Below are positions 62,959-64,000 of a stretch of DNA of 64,000 nt, in pieces (position 1 is the first letter of the stretch; every line of letters starts with the position of its first letter). This DNA comes from Seison nebaliae (lineage: Eukaryota). A program made the position numbers and the translations under genes. Location of the stretch: contig JALJEE010002922.1 of NCBI GenBank assembly GCA_023231475.1, positions 1-64,000 on the forward strand. The letters are read 5' to 3'. The notes below the pieces were generated by a model, which made no database searches, was not told the DNA's origin, and was given only the letters and a program-made list of their open reading frames with translations.

Positions 62959-64000
62959 ATGATTCTTTTTTTCATTTTAATTAGTTTTTTTGAAACTTAT
63001 GGAGTCTATGGACAATTACCATCACTCAACACGGATGAAGATATCTTATCTAATTTTCAGTATTTGGATAAGACGTCGATGTTCGATTCGAAATTATATT
63101 CGAAAATTACAATTAACGAATCGACATATCTAACTGACGAAATTGACAAATGCAAAAGAAATTCATCTTATTATTCGAAGGAAGAATTTTTAGATGATTA
63201 TATTTATCAATTTATCCGAAACAGTCGATATGGTGAAGATATTTATAGGAAACCGATTTATTTAGATTCTTTCAATCTAATCGATTTATTTGATGCCCAT
63301 TTAACATTCTCCAATATCATTTCTTATCCTAATTATTTACATCAACATCTTTTTCAAATCCAATACAAAATGTCAATGATCTTATCCAAATCATTCAATG
63401 AAGAACAAATCAAATATGAAGAGAATCAAATTACCAATTTAATTATTCAATGGAATAAATCAATTTTTAGAGAGTATAATAATCTTATGAACCGAACTTA
63501 CTTGATGAATGATCTCCAATTTAAATTGAAAATCATTAAATGGATTTCACGTGATTGGATTATTATAAATTATTTATTAGAAGAATATCATGAAAATATC
63601 CACAAAAGTTAATGATTTCTCCACTTCTTTCATTTACTTCATTTTTTCTTTTCACCCAAGATTTTTGGAATGAGTTAGAAGATTTAATCAAAGAGAATGA
63701 ATTGAAATCTTTGTCCATGCTTCACATCCAAGCTATCGAACTATTAATGACGACGGGAGAATATTTTTCCAGGAACAATATAATCGACTTCTACCAAAAA
63801 CATTTAACTCGAAGTCATCCTCCATTTATCCTTCATTTATCCTTCATTTATCTTTCATTTATTTTATTTTATTCATTTTTTCCAGATGATATGCTCACCG
63901 TAACCTACATGTATTATCTCCACCATCGATATGATCGTGTGATTACCATATTGGACACAATAACCATATTCGACGAAGAAGTAAAGTTAGAAAAATATCT
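62959..64000 (+). CDS. Uncharacterised putative secreted protein, runs off the window end
   Basis: Signal-peptide-like MILFFILISFFETYGVYG; 217-aa first exon; the frame continues across two short introns to the window edge. Confidence 0.6.

Noticed and set aside
1..64000. Alternative genetic code or programmed frameshifting as the cause of fragmented ORFs
   Set aside because: Removing short GT-AG introns restores conserved proteins under the standard code

Overview
This is eukaryotic, not prokaryotic, DNA: a very AT-rich, compact metazoan genome segment. About 21 protein-coding genes are split by many tiny introns, mostly about 40-60 nt, which is why the ORF track is fragmented. I rebuilt the spliced genes by hand. 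Recognisable genes are a vWA/MIDAS protein, FUN14/FUNDC, a TDRD3-like protein, an INF2/FHDC1-like formin, a caspase-like protein, NSF, UPF3, two tandem ependymin/LolA-like type-I membrane proteins, a degenerate Na/K-ATPase-like P-type pump, a tetraspanin, Elongin C, Phox2, a Dpy-30-motif protein, TMEM18, an atypical soluble guanylyl cyclase and cyclophilin B. There are also several orphans and a ~14 kb gene-poor interval (11-25 kb). The most striking signal is the splicing code. Of 53 introns placed by frame and homology, 47 begin GTT (4 GTA, 2 GTC, 0 GTG) rather than the metazoan GTR, and 12 end in AAG. At least one skips a better-looking TTTTAG to reach an AAG at 44 nt, which suggests a rewired 5' splice-site recognition plus length-ruler intron definition. 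Other highlights are a pseudo-caspase lacking both catalytic residues, a P-type pseudo-ATPase with a ~300-aa insertion, and operon-like gene spacing of 70-200 nt. The organism cannot be identified from sequence alone; a compact spiralian/syndermatan such as a seisonid rotifer is my unverified guess. No tRNA, rRNA, CRISPR or transposase was seen.
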